Source: Sphyrna mokarran
Lineage: Eukaryota
DNA: 64,000 nucleotides
Reading direction: 5' to 3'
Assembly: GCA_024679065.1 (NCBI GenBank)
Contig: JAGIQG010000007.1
Span: forward strand, 77,004,001 to 77,068,000
Shown here piece after piece: positions 49,756-61,649 of the stretch. The position numbers were made by a program, and so were the translations under genes. The notes under the pieces are model-generated. The model had not been told where the DNA came from. It worked only from the letters and a program-made list of their open reading frames with translations, and did no database searches. Every line of letters begins with the position of its first letter. The first letter of the stretch is position 1.

Positions 49756-51531
49756 ACTACATCCTAAAGTCCTCAAGAAGTTTGTGCTTTTAGAAGTTTC
49801 CTCTGCCTGCATTTTATGGGGTTGCAAATCAGGTGAGGTATCCTCTCCACTGAAGTAAAATATGGCATGACGATGTTGGGTCAACAATCTGACATTGTCC
49901 CGCCAAGTCTCTGACAATGTGGAAGGTGATTGGATTCCAAAACCGGAAATCACTTGATCTGTTGGTGTGGGGAGGGTGGAAAGCAAACTACAAGCTGTTG
50001 AGTTTGTTAAAAAGCCAATCAACTGCAATTGTTCATTTCCTACTCTATTTATTATCAATTTTACTGGAAACATGTTAGGCATGAGTTATCATGATGTAGA
50101 AATACAGGTGTGAGTTATGCCAGGTACGAGGATACAGGTTGCACCAGTGTAGTTAAAAGACATGCAAATGTGGTAGCTTGCAGCAGCAGAATCTGCTGTT
50201 GAAGATGGCAGGATTTGGCCATTAGAAGACCTTATTTATTCATTTTTTTATTGACTGGCGGAACAATCAAGGAGAGAGTGAGAGGATAGGAGGCCTTTAA
50301 ATTGGTGACTAGTACTGGATCACAGCATAACTCCTTTTTTGCTGGATGTCCTACCCTAGATGTCTGGTTGGGCATGAATCTCCCTTTCACAATGTTCATT
50401 ATCTGGCAGTGACAGAAAGTGGAGAAAATTGATAACCAGCTGTTTGTCAGACTGGAGTATGTCTGTGAGGAACTATGGCCAAGTTTCAGACCACAGCTGA
50501 ACTGCTACTGTGTCTGTACATGTGTAAGCTGTATGTGGCACAATACAATAAATGATACAGCTCAGCAACTACACTCCCATTGACCTAAAGACTGACAGGG
50601 TCCAACAACCTTTACAAAGTCGGTCTTCCAGGTTTCACAGAAATGATTGGGGCCATTTCAGCAAGTCCACCATACAACTGAGTTGGATTTTAATCTAGTT
50701 ATGATTTCTTTTATAGGGGAAAAGTGAAGCATGGCATGCTGTGATCAGCAAGATTTTTACAAAACTTTGCCATATATTTGTAACTCAAACATTTAGATGT
50801 TGAACTAATGGGACTTGGATCTTCTAACACAATGTTCTTCAATATAAAGAATCCCAATAAGCAAAGAATTTGCCATAGAAAACCATATTAGCTTTCTGTA
50901 CAGCTGCTGCATGCTAGGTATGAGCATAAGGATATGCAGTGTCTCATAGTCAGGCTGGTATATGTAGTATTGCTCTACAGATACCAGGCATGGTAGCCTG
51001 ATCTCTAGCCCTGAGCACATCAATTCAGAGAATCTGTATGGATAATCCCTGTACTAACACCAAATGGGGCTATTTGTTATCACAACTCACCTGCTTCCAC
51101 TCCTTCCCTGCTTCCTGCTTTCTGGACAATAGGATGATCAACAACAATGAGAGTAGTTGGGTCTAGATAACTCCCACTCCACTTCCTTATCTGGCCACCA
51201 TCTACCTTGAAGTACAAATAGGAGATCAAAATTGATTCTTACCTGTTATGACAATTAGTGTTTTTATTTGAAATATTAAATAAAATGCAGCACACAGAAA
51301 ATGTTTTGGTTATTGGCTTACCCAAAGGTAGGGCAAGTAGAAATTCTTTCACCTATTCATCAATCCCATTAGCAAGATTCCTTTTCTAAGTTTATTTTCA
51401 ATAAATGAAATGCTTTGAATGAATTGCAGCAGAAAGTGTCATCTGAACAAAATGTATTTTGTTTTAATAATAAATGCAGTCATTGTAAGAAATATTTGTA
51501 TTAGAGTTTCTTCATTTGTTTTTTTTTAAAG

Positions 51532-51652
51532 GTGTCTGTTCCAGATGGGATGAACACCACCAGCATACTGCCTTCAACTGGTTCTGAAAAAATGCAATGT
51601 TTCCTTAGCAATACTGCAACTGTAACTACAGAGGAATCATGCAAATCATCCG
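51532..51652 (+). CDS. ZFHX4: ZFHX4 coding exon (121 nt, phase 0 to 1), VSVPDGMNTTSILPSTGSEKMQCFLSNTATVTTEESCKSS(G)
   Basis: Long T-tract plus aag| acceptor and CCG|gtgagc donor. The frame is open, it begins VxVPD as recalled for ZFHX4, and it bridges the phases of the flanking exons exactly. Confidence 0.88.
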
Positions 51653-52788
51653 GTGAGCCTTCAGGGAAATGATAATTGGCTTTGTAAAGATTGTATTGTT
51701 CGTGTGAGAATAGTTGAACAATTAACATATTTGGCAAATTTGAAATTTGAATACTAGACATTATTTACCCTGACTGCCAAATACATCAAATGTACTCCAG
51801 CAACATGTTTACACTGGAAAGAGTTGGGCTTTGCTGCAGAAGTGGATGTACTTTCTCAACACTAGCAACAAAGTGTATATTTACCTCTTCACAACGGGTG
51901 CCACTCACTGCAAGAATGCAAGCAAGACGATTGGGTTCAAAGCACAGTCAAAGCCTTTGTGGTATTCTGGACCATTCTTTTTGATAATTACTTTGTCGAA
52001 ATGTTCCCATTTTATCAATGTCCTGAGCATTCTAATAATCTACTAAATGCTCCAGAGTCTGTGTGATTTGTTAAGCGTACAAAATTGAAGTGTACAAAAA
52101 TCACCTTTCTATATTTCCCATATCTGCCAAAGATGTTTGTTTCCATACCATTTCTGTTTCCATCCTTCTGAGAGGCTTTGAGACTGGGGATGTGTAGTGT
52201 ATCCTTAAAACAAAACATTGATACTGTAGTTGGCAGAGCTCCATTAGGTATTGGAAGAGAGTGTTTGATGTGAATGTGAAATTTATCGATTAATAGCAGA
52301 AAGGTTATAATTTGGACTTTGTCGTGAAGTTGGAGAAGCCCACAAATAATATTCTGAAAGTAATTGTTCTCAAATAATTCTGATTGAACCAGTAAATTCT
52401 TCAATAAAAATCCAGACAGATTTCTAGCATTAGAATGACTATGCATACTTCCAGAACCCCTCTGGTTTCTTGTAGTGATAAGTAGAACTTGTGTTGGGAT
52501 CAATATAAAATATTCACTTCTAATTTCCACTATTGGTTTCACAAGCTAATCTTTCTCAGTTGAACAGGCTTGTATTAGTATCTGTGTTTGAAAAGTTGAA
52601 TTTTCTTTACTTGTTGAGCTATTGTGTTGTGTTTGTGGTCACTTATCTTCCCTTTGCAAGTAGTACATTTCAGTGAGAAGCCATTGAATTAATATGTCAG
52701 GACATTGGAAGGCTTTGAAATAAAATAAGGAATACAAGTTTGGGAAGTGGAAGGTGGGCAGGAAATGAGGATTTATCTTCATAGTAAA

Positions 52789-52998
52789 TCAAACATATGC
52801 ATTTGATGCTATGCCCATTTTACAAAGTCCATTTCTAATTAATCAATTGGATATGAAGTTTGGGACATCTTTGATGATGTAATACATTTTCTATGTCATA
52901 GAAAATGTATCATCAAAGATATCCCAGACTTCATATCCAATTGATTAATTAGAAATGGACTTTGTAAAATGGGCATAGCATCAAATGCATATGTTTGA
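52789..52998. repeat. Near-perfect 210-bp palindrome (arms 107 and 102 nt, 1-nt loop)
   Basis: Left arm 52789-52895 is the reverse complement of 52897-52998, apart from two substitutions and a 5-nt insertion. Confidence 0.97.
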
Positions 52999-53071
52999 CT
53001 TTGAGTTAGAATGTCAAAGAATAAAACCACACTTGAGGATTTGAGTATCACAATTTAACCTGATCACCTAG

Positions 53072-53398
53072 ACAGTGGCAAGATGGTTAGCACTACTGCC
53101 TCACAATGCAGGAACTCCATTTGATACCAGCCTTGGGTGAATATGTGGAGTTTCCCTGTGTCTGCATGGGTTTCCTCTGGGTACTCCAATTTCCTTGCAC
53201 AGTCTAAAGATGTGCAGGTTAGATGGATTGACCATACCAACTTGCCTCTTGCTGTCAAAGATATGTGGAAAGTAGATTAGACATGGTAAATGCATGAGGT
53301 TATGGGGATAGGGTAGGCTGATGGATAGGGAGTCTCAGTGCAAACTCGCTGGGTTGAATGGCCTCCTTCTGTACTATAATAATCCTGTGATTTCTGTG
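53072..53398 (+). mobile_element. V-SINE (HE1-like)
   Basis: atggttagcactactgcctcaca head, V-domain, and tail gaatggcctccttctgtact. Confidence 0.88.
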
Positions 53399-53879
53399 AA
53401 GTACTTGGAGAGTACTGAGTTTTGGTTGAGACTTTAAACTGAGACTTTGGTAGGCATGAAATGCTTAGTATAGTTTATTATCCCAGCTCTGGATTCAGAA
53501 TTTGGGGCATAACCTGGTTCTCCAAGTTTCCACCGCATTAACACTGACCTGTAAATACTTTTCTTGGATGCAAAAGCTGGAACTTCCTCTATTCACACTG
53601 TGTCCTAGCAACAGTTTGGGGGAATGTCTAAGGAAATTTTTAAACCAGGCTAATAATACACCATACACTGGATTGTAGACAACTATATCCTATTCTGAAC
53701 CTAATGAAGGCCTCAAAGATCAAAGACTTGCCAGAATCAGAAATATTTGAAATTTGTACTGTTTGCTTAGAGCAGCCTCTCTTATTCCTGTTCTGGGATT
53801 GAACTTCAGAAATTGACCAGTGTGCATGATGCTTGGAAGGTGACTGGCAGCAAACTTAGCATTTGGCATTTAAAGCAGC

Positions 53880-54055
53880 ATGCTGTCAGAATACAATAAT
53901 ACTTTCTTCTTGGCTGTTTTCCCGAAGAACATATCAGAGACATGGGATATGGTCTCCAGAAGGATAGGGAGTTTTTTCAGTTAGGCAACTTGGTTGCTGT
54001 GTGCTCGGAGTGCCAAAGGGCCTGTTCCTGTGCTGTAATTTTCTTTGATCTTTGT
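53880..54055 (+). mobile_element. CR1-type 3' tail fragment
   Basis: gggatatggt..gccaaagggcctgttcctgtgctgtaattttctttg. Confidence 0.65.
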
Positions 54056-54219
54056 TTTAGAGTGTTCATTCTTATAGCTGTTACAACTATTGCTGGAGGG
54101 AAAACAGAAAGGTAGAAATGTAACATTGCTGTAGGCTTTATAGTGAATTTAGGAATGTCATGGTGTTTTAAAACTATATTTTATGTTTCTTTCATTTTGC
54201 ATTATTTTTAATTAAACAG

Positions 54220-57200
54220 GTGAATATTCATCAGAGGGCAAGTTTTATACAGTTTCAGACAACACCAAGTCCGGAACTGAGTCCAAAAGTGAGGAACAGA
54301 AGATGTCGAAGGAATCTTCTGATACTGCAGATTGGAAGAAGGATGGAAGTCAACGTTTGAAGGTTTCAGACTCTCTGCAAGATCAACTAAATGAGCTCCA
54401 GAAAAGGCAACAGCTACCTGTGTCTGATCGGCATGTGTACAAGTATCGTTGCAGCCAATGTAGTCTGGCTTTCAAGACCATGCAGAAACTTCAGATTCAT
54501 TCACAGTATCATGCTATTCGGGCTGCCACAATGTGTAGCCTTTGTCAACGTAGCTTCCGCACATTTCTGGCTTTGAAGAGACATTTAGAAACCAGTCACC
54601 CTGAACTAAGTGAAGTTGAGATACAACAGATATGTGGAAGCTATCATGTGAATGGAGAATTCTGGTCAGAAAGTGATGTTATCGGTCAAGAAGATAACAT
54701 TCTGGCACAGGAAATAGATAAAGAAGAGGAAATAGATCAGGATGGGAAAATCAGTCCAGCAGGAAGTGACAGCAGCTCTATTCTAGATGATTTAAGTTCA
54801 GAACCAAAACGAACATTGCCTTTCCGGAAAGGTCCAAATTTTACCATGGAGAAGTTCTTAGATCCTTCTCGACCATACAAATGCACAGTGTGCAAAGAAT
54901 CTTTCACGCAGAAGAACATCCTCTTGGTTCACTATAATTCAGTATCACATTTGCACAAACTTAAGAAAGTTCTTCAAGAGGCATCAAGTCCAGTTCCTCA
55001 AGAATCCAACAACAACATTGACAACAAGCCCTACAAGTGCAACACATGTAATGTCGCTTATAGCCAGAGCTCTACACTGGAAATACATATGAGATCTGTG
55101 CTCCATCAGACGAAAGCAAGGGCAGCCAAACTGGAAGCAGGGGGTTGTAGTACTGCAGGTGGAAACAATAGTTTGGGCAGTAGCAGTAGTCTGCTTGCTA
55201 CTGGGCAAATGACTACAGATTCTCTTGGGATGGCAGCAGTTAGTAACAAAGACACCAATGCAGATAGCAAAGAAGCAAACAAAAAGCAGTTCTCTGAATC
55301 AATTTCTCCTCATTCTGTCCAGCATCNNNNNNNNNNNNNNNNNNNNNNNNNNNNNNNNNNNNNNNNNNNNNNNNNNNNNNNNNNNNNNNNNNNNNNNNNN
55401 NNNNNNNNNNNNNNNNNNNNNNNNNNNNNNNNNNNNNNNNNNNNNNNNNNNNNNNNNNNNNNNNNNNNNNNNNNNNNNNNNNNNNNNNNNNNNNNNNNNN
55501 NNNNCCAGGCCCAAGCCCAGGCACAAATGCACCTACAACATGAACTGCAGCAACAAGCTGCTTTCTTTCAGCCTCAGTTTCTAAATCCAGCATTGTTACC
55601 ACACTTTCCAATGACAGCTGAAGCTTTGCTGCAGCTCCAACAGCCACAGTTTCTCTTTCCTTTTTACCTGCCAGGGACTGAATTTAATCTAAATACAGAG
55701 CTAGGTTTGCCTGGTTCAGGGACCTTTGGAATGTCTGCAATGACAGGATCTTTGCTTGAAGATCTGAAGCAACAAGTACAAGGGCAACAGTTATTGCAAA
55801 TCCAGCAGCAATATGGGCAACACCATCAAGGTTTGCAGTCTCAGCAACTGTCACAAAAGCAACAGCAACAAGCAGTTAAACCATCCAAGCAGGAACAAAA
55901 TAGTCTAAATTCTGTGGAGACCCAGTTGTTAAAAGACACTTATTCCCACAAAGAAACCGAGGAATTAATGGAGATGGCAGAAAATAAGACACAGTATGAT
56001 TTTTTAAGTGAATCTGAAGCTTTAAAAGAAAATAAAGACGCCAAAAAACAGAAATCAGTAGACACTGTGCTTCCACCTCCTCGCATTCCATCCGGTGCAA
56101 GAGGCAATGCAGCAAAAGCTTTATTAGAAAATTTTGGTTTTGAGTTGGTTATCCAGTTTAATGAAAACAAGCAGAAAGTTCAAAAAAGAGGCAAGAATGG
56201 TGAAAATGAGAAAACTGACAAGTTAGAATGTGAAGCCTGTGGCAAACTGTTTTCAAACATTCTTATTCTGAAAAGCCACCAAGAGCATATCCACTGTCAG
56301 TTTTTCCCATTCGGGGAGCTGGAAATATTTGCCTGCCACTACAGAGAAGCATATGATAAATTGTATCCTGTAACGCCATCCTCACCAGAGTCACCTACAC
56401 CTACACCACTGCCTCCTCCCCCACCTCCTCCCCCGCCTCCTCCCCCGCCACCACCACCTCCCTCAACAGGGAGTGGCAAACTCCAAGGATCTGCCCCGTC
56501 ACCATTACACCACCACCTCCCCCTCCTCCCCCTCCTCCCCCACCCCCTCCTCCTCCTCCACCTTCTTCACAATCTCAGGGTCAGATGCCAGTCTCTTTGG
56601 ATCTGCCTCTCTTCCCCCCTGTTATGATGCAACATTCTTCTTTGCCACCTCAGCTCACATTGCAACTGCCAACGATGGAGTCTTTATCTGCTGATCTCAC
56701 CCAGCTCTGCCAGCAACAGTTAGGTTTGGATCCCAATTTTCTGAAACATCACCAGTTTAAACGTCCACGCACAAGAATCACGGATGATCAGTTAAAGATC
56801 TTGCGTACTTACTTTGACATCAATAATTCACCAACTGAAGAACAAATTCAAGAAATGTCAGAAAAGTCAGGACTTCCACAGAAAGTCATTAAACATTGGT
56901 TTCGCAATACTCTTTTCAAAGAAAGGCAAAGAAATAAGGACTCGCCGTACAACTTTAATAATCCACCTATTACCACACTGGAGGAATCCAGAAATGATAC
57001 TTGTTTTAATACAGGAGAATATTACAGGACAGACGGCACAATAAATAAGCGGTCATCTCGAACTCGATTCACTGACTACCAGTTGAGGGTTCTGCAGGAC
57101 TTTTTTGATACGAATGCTTATCCAAAAGATGATGAAATAGAACAATTATCCACAGTCCTGAACCTACCGACTCGAGTAATCGTGGTGTGGTTTCAAAATG

Positions 57201-59744
57201 CCCGTCAAAAAGCACGAAAGACTTTTGAGAATCAAGCCGATACTAAAGACAGTGAAAGGAGGGAGCTAACCAACGAGCGTTATGTACGAACCAATAATTT
57301 ACAATATCAGTGTAAAAAATGTAATGTAGTGTTCCCACGAATTTTTGATCTAATTACGCATCAAAAGAAACAGTGTTACAAAGATGAAGATGATGATTGT
57401 CAGGACGATAGTCAAACAGAAGATTCAATGGATGCCACTGACCAGATAATGTCAAATCAGCCTGATGCTTCTGTCTCAGCAGACTCATCAAAGCCCATGT
57501 TAGGAACAGTGACAGGGTCTGGTTCTAGATCTGGTTCGAGCTCTGGTTCCAGCACTCCTCTGATGCCTTCACCCAAATTGGAAATGGACAAAAGTTCATC
57601 AAAACCTAACCTACCAGTAGAGAAACCAAAGCAAATTGAGGTTGCTCAACCCTCCCAAATGACCAAACCAATGTCTTCATCTCCATCAGCACCGCAGACA
57701 ACAACAGCACAGTCACATCAGCAAAACCAGTCCCAACAGCCAATAATGCGACCTCATTCACAGCCTCAAAATCCAACCGTTTCCTCCAGCCCCCTGTCTG
57801 TCGCAGTCACCTCTTTACAGAACAGTCTACCTCCTCCAATGTTACAGTACCAGTGTGACCAGTGTAAATATGCCTTTCCAACCTTGGAACTTTGGCAAGA
57901 ACACCAGCACATACATTTTTTGGCAGCCCAGAATCAGTTCCTCCATTCACAAATCTTGGATAGATCATTAGATATGCCCTATATGATTTTTGACCCAAAC
58001 AACCCACTTATGGCTGGACAGTTACTTCCTGGACCTCTTACACAGATATCCTCCCAGCCTAGTTCATCAGTTCCAACCTCCTCTAATACAGCATCAGGAA
58101 CAGTTAAACGTAAGCTGGAAGAAAAAGAAGAAAACAATCAAAATGATAAAGAAGGTGCAAATAGTAGTGATGAACCACATCGTGATAAAAGGCTTAGAAC
58201 TACAATTACTCCGGAGCAGCTGGAGGTACTGTATGAAAAATACTTGTTGGATTCTAATCCTACTCGAAAAATGTTAGATCACATTTCAAATGAAGTAGGC
58301 CTAAAGAAACGCGTGGTTCAGGTTTGGTTTCAAAACACTCGAGCTCGTGAGAGAAAGGGGCAATTCCGTGCCCTTGGTCCAAGTCAGTCTCACAGAAGGT
58401 GCCCTTTTTGTCGAGCACTCTTTAAAGCTAAGACAGCACTTGAAACACACATCCGTTCTCGGCATTGGCACGAAGCAAAACAAGCAGGCTATAGCCTCCC
58501 ACCAAGCCCTATTATGCCACAAGACGATGATGGTGGAAGTCCGCAGAAAGATAATTATTTTGAATTTCCAACATTGCTTTTCTCCAAGATTGACGCATTA
58601 AGTGAAAATGAAGCTCCATCTACAGTTTCAACGCCAGTTAGTAAAACAGCAGAGATGTCACCAAAACATCTTCTGAGCCCTTTGTTATTCAAATCGGAAT
58701 GCAATGAAGACACGGAATGTCCAAATATAAACTCTGCTGTTGTCAGTTTTGATCAGAGTAAGACAGATTATGATGATACATCATCTATTAACACAGCTAT
58801 AAGTGATGGAAGTACAGGAGATGAAGGAAACAATGAAACTGAAAACCTAGTCAGCACCTCTGAAAGTAAAGTTATTGAGTCTTCAGATGAGCTGAAAACA
58901 TCAGTCGCTGGTGATCAATTGTCGATGATGGTTACGACGACGACAGTTGATTATTATGATGAAAGACTTTCCATGAGCTTACCTAGCCCTTCTCTAAGCT
59001 TCATATCAAGGGACAATGACATAGATGATAGCGTTGACCGAAGTGAGACATCAAGTTTAGCCGATCCCTGTTCTCCGAGCCCATTTGGTAGCCACAATAG
59101 TCTCAAGTCATCAAGATCAAATGAGCGACCTGGTCAGAAACGTTTCAGAACACAAATGAGTAATCTTCAACTAAAAGTCCTCAAGTCGTGCTTTGCTGAC
59201 TATCGTACACCAACAATGCAAGAGTGCGAACTTCTTGGAAATGAAATTAATTTACCTAAAAGGGTTGTCCAGGTCTGGTTTCAGAATGCTCGAGCAAAAG
59301 ACAAAAAGATAAAGTTGAATATGGCAAAATCATTCATGATGAATCAAACTGGAACTGATGGACAAAAAACAGAATGTTCTTTATGTGGTGTCATGTATAC
59401 TGCACGTTTGTCTATCAGAGATCATATTTTCTCACAGCAACATATCAACAAAGTGAAAGAGACGGTGGGATGCCAGCTAGATAAGGAGAAGGATTATCTT
59501 GCTCCTACTACTGTACGACAGTTGATGGCTCAACAAGAGTTGGATCGTTTGAAGAAGGCCACAGATGCTTTGGGTATAACTTCACAACAACAAGTTCTGC
59601 ATCAACAAAGTGTAATGGAAAATACTGCATTGCATGGCCTCAATGCTTCAACATCCTATTCAGGCCTTTCAGGCCTCTCTCCAGTCATACTTCCTGGAGT
59701 AAATGGTCCTACTTCACTGTCAAGTTTTCCACAAAATGCAACAG
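54220..59744 (+). CDS. ZFHX4: ZFHX4 giant coding exon (~5.5 kb, phase 1 to 1): multiple C2H2 fingers, Gln-rich and poly-Pro tracts, four homeodomains; apparent frameshift near 56508 and N-gap 55327-55504
   Basis: aaacag| acceptor in frame with ORF 54303-56627. ORF 56585-59755 continues the protein and ends at CAG|gtaaat. Peptides [26 protein letters not shown] and [11 protein letters not shown] match ZFHX4 rather than ZFHX3 or ZFHX2 as I recall them. Confidence 0.95.
55327..55504. other. Assembly gap (N run) inside the giant coding exon
   Basis: Run of n characters flanked by in-frame coding sequence. Confidence 1.
56410..56563 (+). repeat. Two (CCN)n poly-proline-coding low-complexity tracts
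   Basis: CCT/CCC/CCA/CCG runs at ~56412-56462 and ~56510-56563. Confidence 0.95.
56756..56935 (+). other. ZFHX4: Homeodomain 1 ([13 protein letters not shown]...[12 protein letters not shown]), atypical Arg at position 50
   Basis: Translation of ORF 56585-59755; WFxN helix-3 motif. Confidence 0.93.
57044..57223 (+). other. ZFHX4: Homeodomain 2 ([14 protein letters not shown]...[11 protein letters not shown])
   Basis: Translation; canonical WFQN helix 3. Confidence 0.93.
58184..58363 (+). other. ZFHX4: Homeodomain 3 ([13 protein letters not shown]...[12 protein letters not shown])
   Basis: Translation; canonical WFQN helix 3. Confidence 0.93.
59135..59314 (+). other. ZFHX4: Homeodomain 4 ([13 protein letters not shown]...[11 protein letters not shown])
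   Basis: Translation; canonical WFQN helix 3. Confidence 0.93.
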
Positions 59745-61649
59745 GTAAATTATAATGATTCATATTTATTTCTTCTATATCTGTAAGTTATTAAATATAT
59801 ATGTGTAGAGTTTAAAGCCTTAAGAAGTGCTGTGTCAAACATTTGTCAACATTCAAAATTCTGCATACAGTAAGTTCAAATTTTGGCTGCCTTATCACAT
59901 ACTCAATGATGTATGCCTCTTCAGAAAGACAGAGCGCTGAATTTTTGCAATGATGGAAAGCATCTCCAGCTTAGCTGAACCTGGCACTGGGCATTTTCAC
60001 TGGTGGGGGAATGGGAACCGATTGCAGACTCATAGAGACAATTGCCTATGTAAAAATGCAGCTGCCTTCAAAAAGATCCAGTTTTTGTTTATGGGATATC
60101 CGAAACAAGACTGGTACACTTTATGTTTTTCAGAAAAAGATTAAATTTACCAGGGTTTTTTGAGAAGCAGCATACCCTTTTGTAGAGTACTAAAACTGGT
60201 TGAGGAGCAGTGAACTGGTTCCTTTAGTCAAACCCCTTGGCTGGTCACAACAAAGGTCTTTTTAAATTTATTTTCTCTGTAAATGCTTTTTTCAATCCAA
60301 TTTACTTTTTTAATAAGGAGCCAACCTATCCAGGTTTTCTTGAGACACAGAGAGAGCAAATTTATCAGTTACTAAACCCAAGAAAAAAATCATGCAATGT
60401 AAAATACACATGCACAAATGTCAGAAGGAACATTAGAATCCAATGAAAGTTAAAGAATATATAATTGCATCCTTTGCTTGTACTTGAAGTGTAGATTGTT
60501 GAATGTTTTTGCCATTTGAAGTTGGCTAGTTTCTTTTAAATCCTGGAGTTGAATTGAAGTTTGAGTAACTGCACTTTGCAGGATGCAATCGTAACTTCAC
60601 GGAGAGGGAGAGAGAGATGGCATCTTTCTTTGTCCCTGGCTTGGCAAAATCAGTTATTAAACCTCCTGTCTGTAAATTCTAAGCTGCCAATTAGGTTAAC
60701 ATGTCTTGAATTCATTGTTGTAAAACAAGAAATCTAATTTTTGGTCTTTCATCTCAGAGGCTTTTGACGCATTTCAACATAGTAGAAACCAGCAGAAGAG
60801 GGGCTATTTCGCGTTTCACAGGGGATTTTGTGTCTCTGTTGGGTGTATCTGGTTGGTTAGCAGTTTCCATTGCCTTGATAGAATTACAGTTGATTTAAGT
60901 CCAGCATTTTGCATTTGTAATGTCTTTCTTTCAATAGTCCCTTTTGAAGTGAACCTTGACACTCCCCAGATGTGAAATTCCATGAACCATGTCAGAGCAG
61001 ATCTGTAGTACAAACTTTATAGGAGCATTCTAGAAAGGCGATCACCCTGCAATACCAGGTGTCAGGTGACTGGCAGTAGCCATCTTTGGTCAGTGACTTT
61101 TTTTTTTGCATTTAAAAAAAAGTCCTCTTTAAACAATCCAGTATGTTTTAGTTAGCTGAAAAAGTTATTACTAGATCTCACTTTGTCACACTTCCCTATA
61201 ATTGTGACAAAAGGTCCATGAAAACTTTTGAGAGCCCTTTTGCATTATTAAAATTAGTTATGAATTTGTATAAAAAGTAAATAAATTGCTTGAAAGTATT
61301 AAGTTGTCAAGACACTAAAATCTCCTGGTCTTTAAATTTAAAAAACTACAGAGTTTAAAAAAAAATCAGCCTTTGCTTTTTTACTTTGTTGACATGAGCC
61401 TGGGGTAAATCATTGTGGGATTTGTGCTACATGACTGATCCTCATTCTATCATTATCATAATGGTGCACCTGTCACTTCAATTTTTTTTGATGTTAAAAA
61501 TATTATGAAATTTTTGATGTGGGGTTCTGGATATAAATGCTTATTTTTTAAATAAGGGATTAAGTAGTTGAATAAATGTAAATGTAGTGAATTAAATTTT
61601 TGTAAATAATGGAGCCATTGATATATACTTAGAACTACTTAATCCCATC

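Noticed and set aside
49378-50082. 234-aa minus-strand ORF
   Set aside because: Its C-terminal half is CR1 LINE sequence (LELRRMRGDLIE) and the rest has no recognisable domain or splice structure; it looks like a chance fusion.
52015-52542. 175-aa minus-strand ORF
   Set aside because: No domain or motif, composition typical of AT-rich intron, antisense to ZFHX4.
54303-59755. Two separate genes or a pseudogene, as the two ORFs might suggest
   Set aside because: The ORFs are consecutive halves of one known ZFHX4 exon with intact domains and splice sites; a single indel in a C-rich repeat explains the split.
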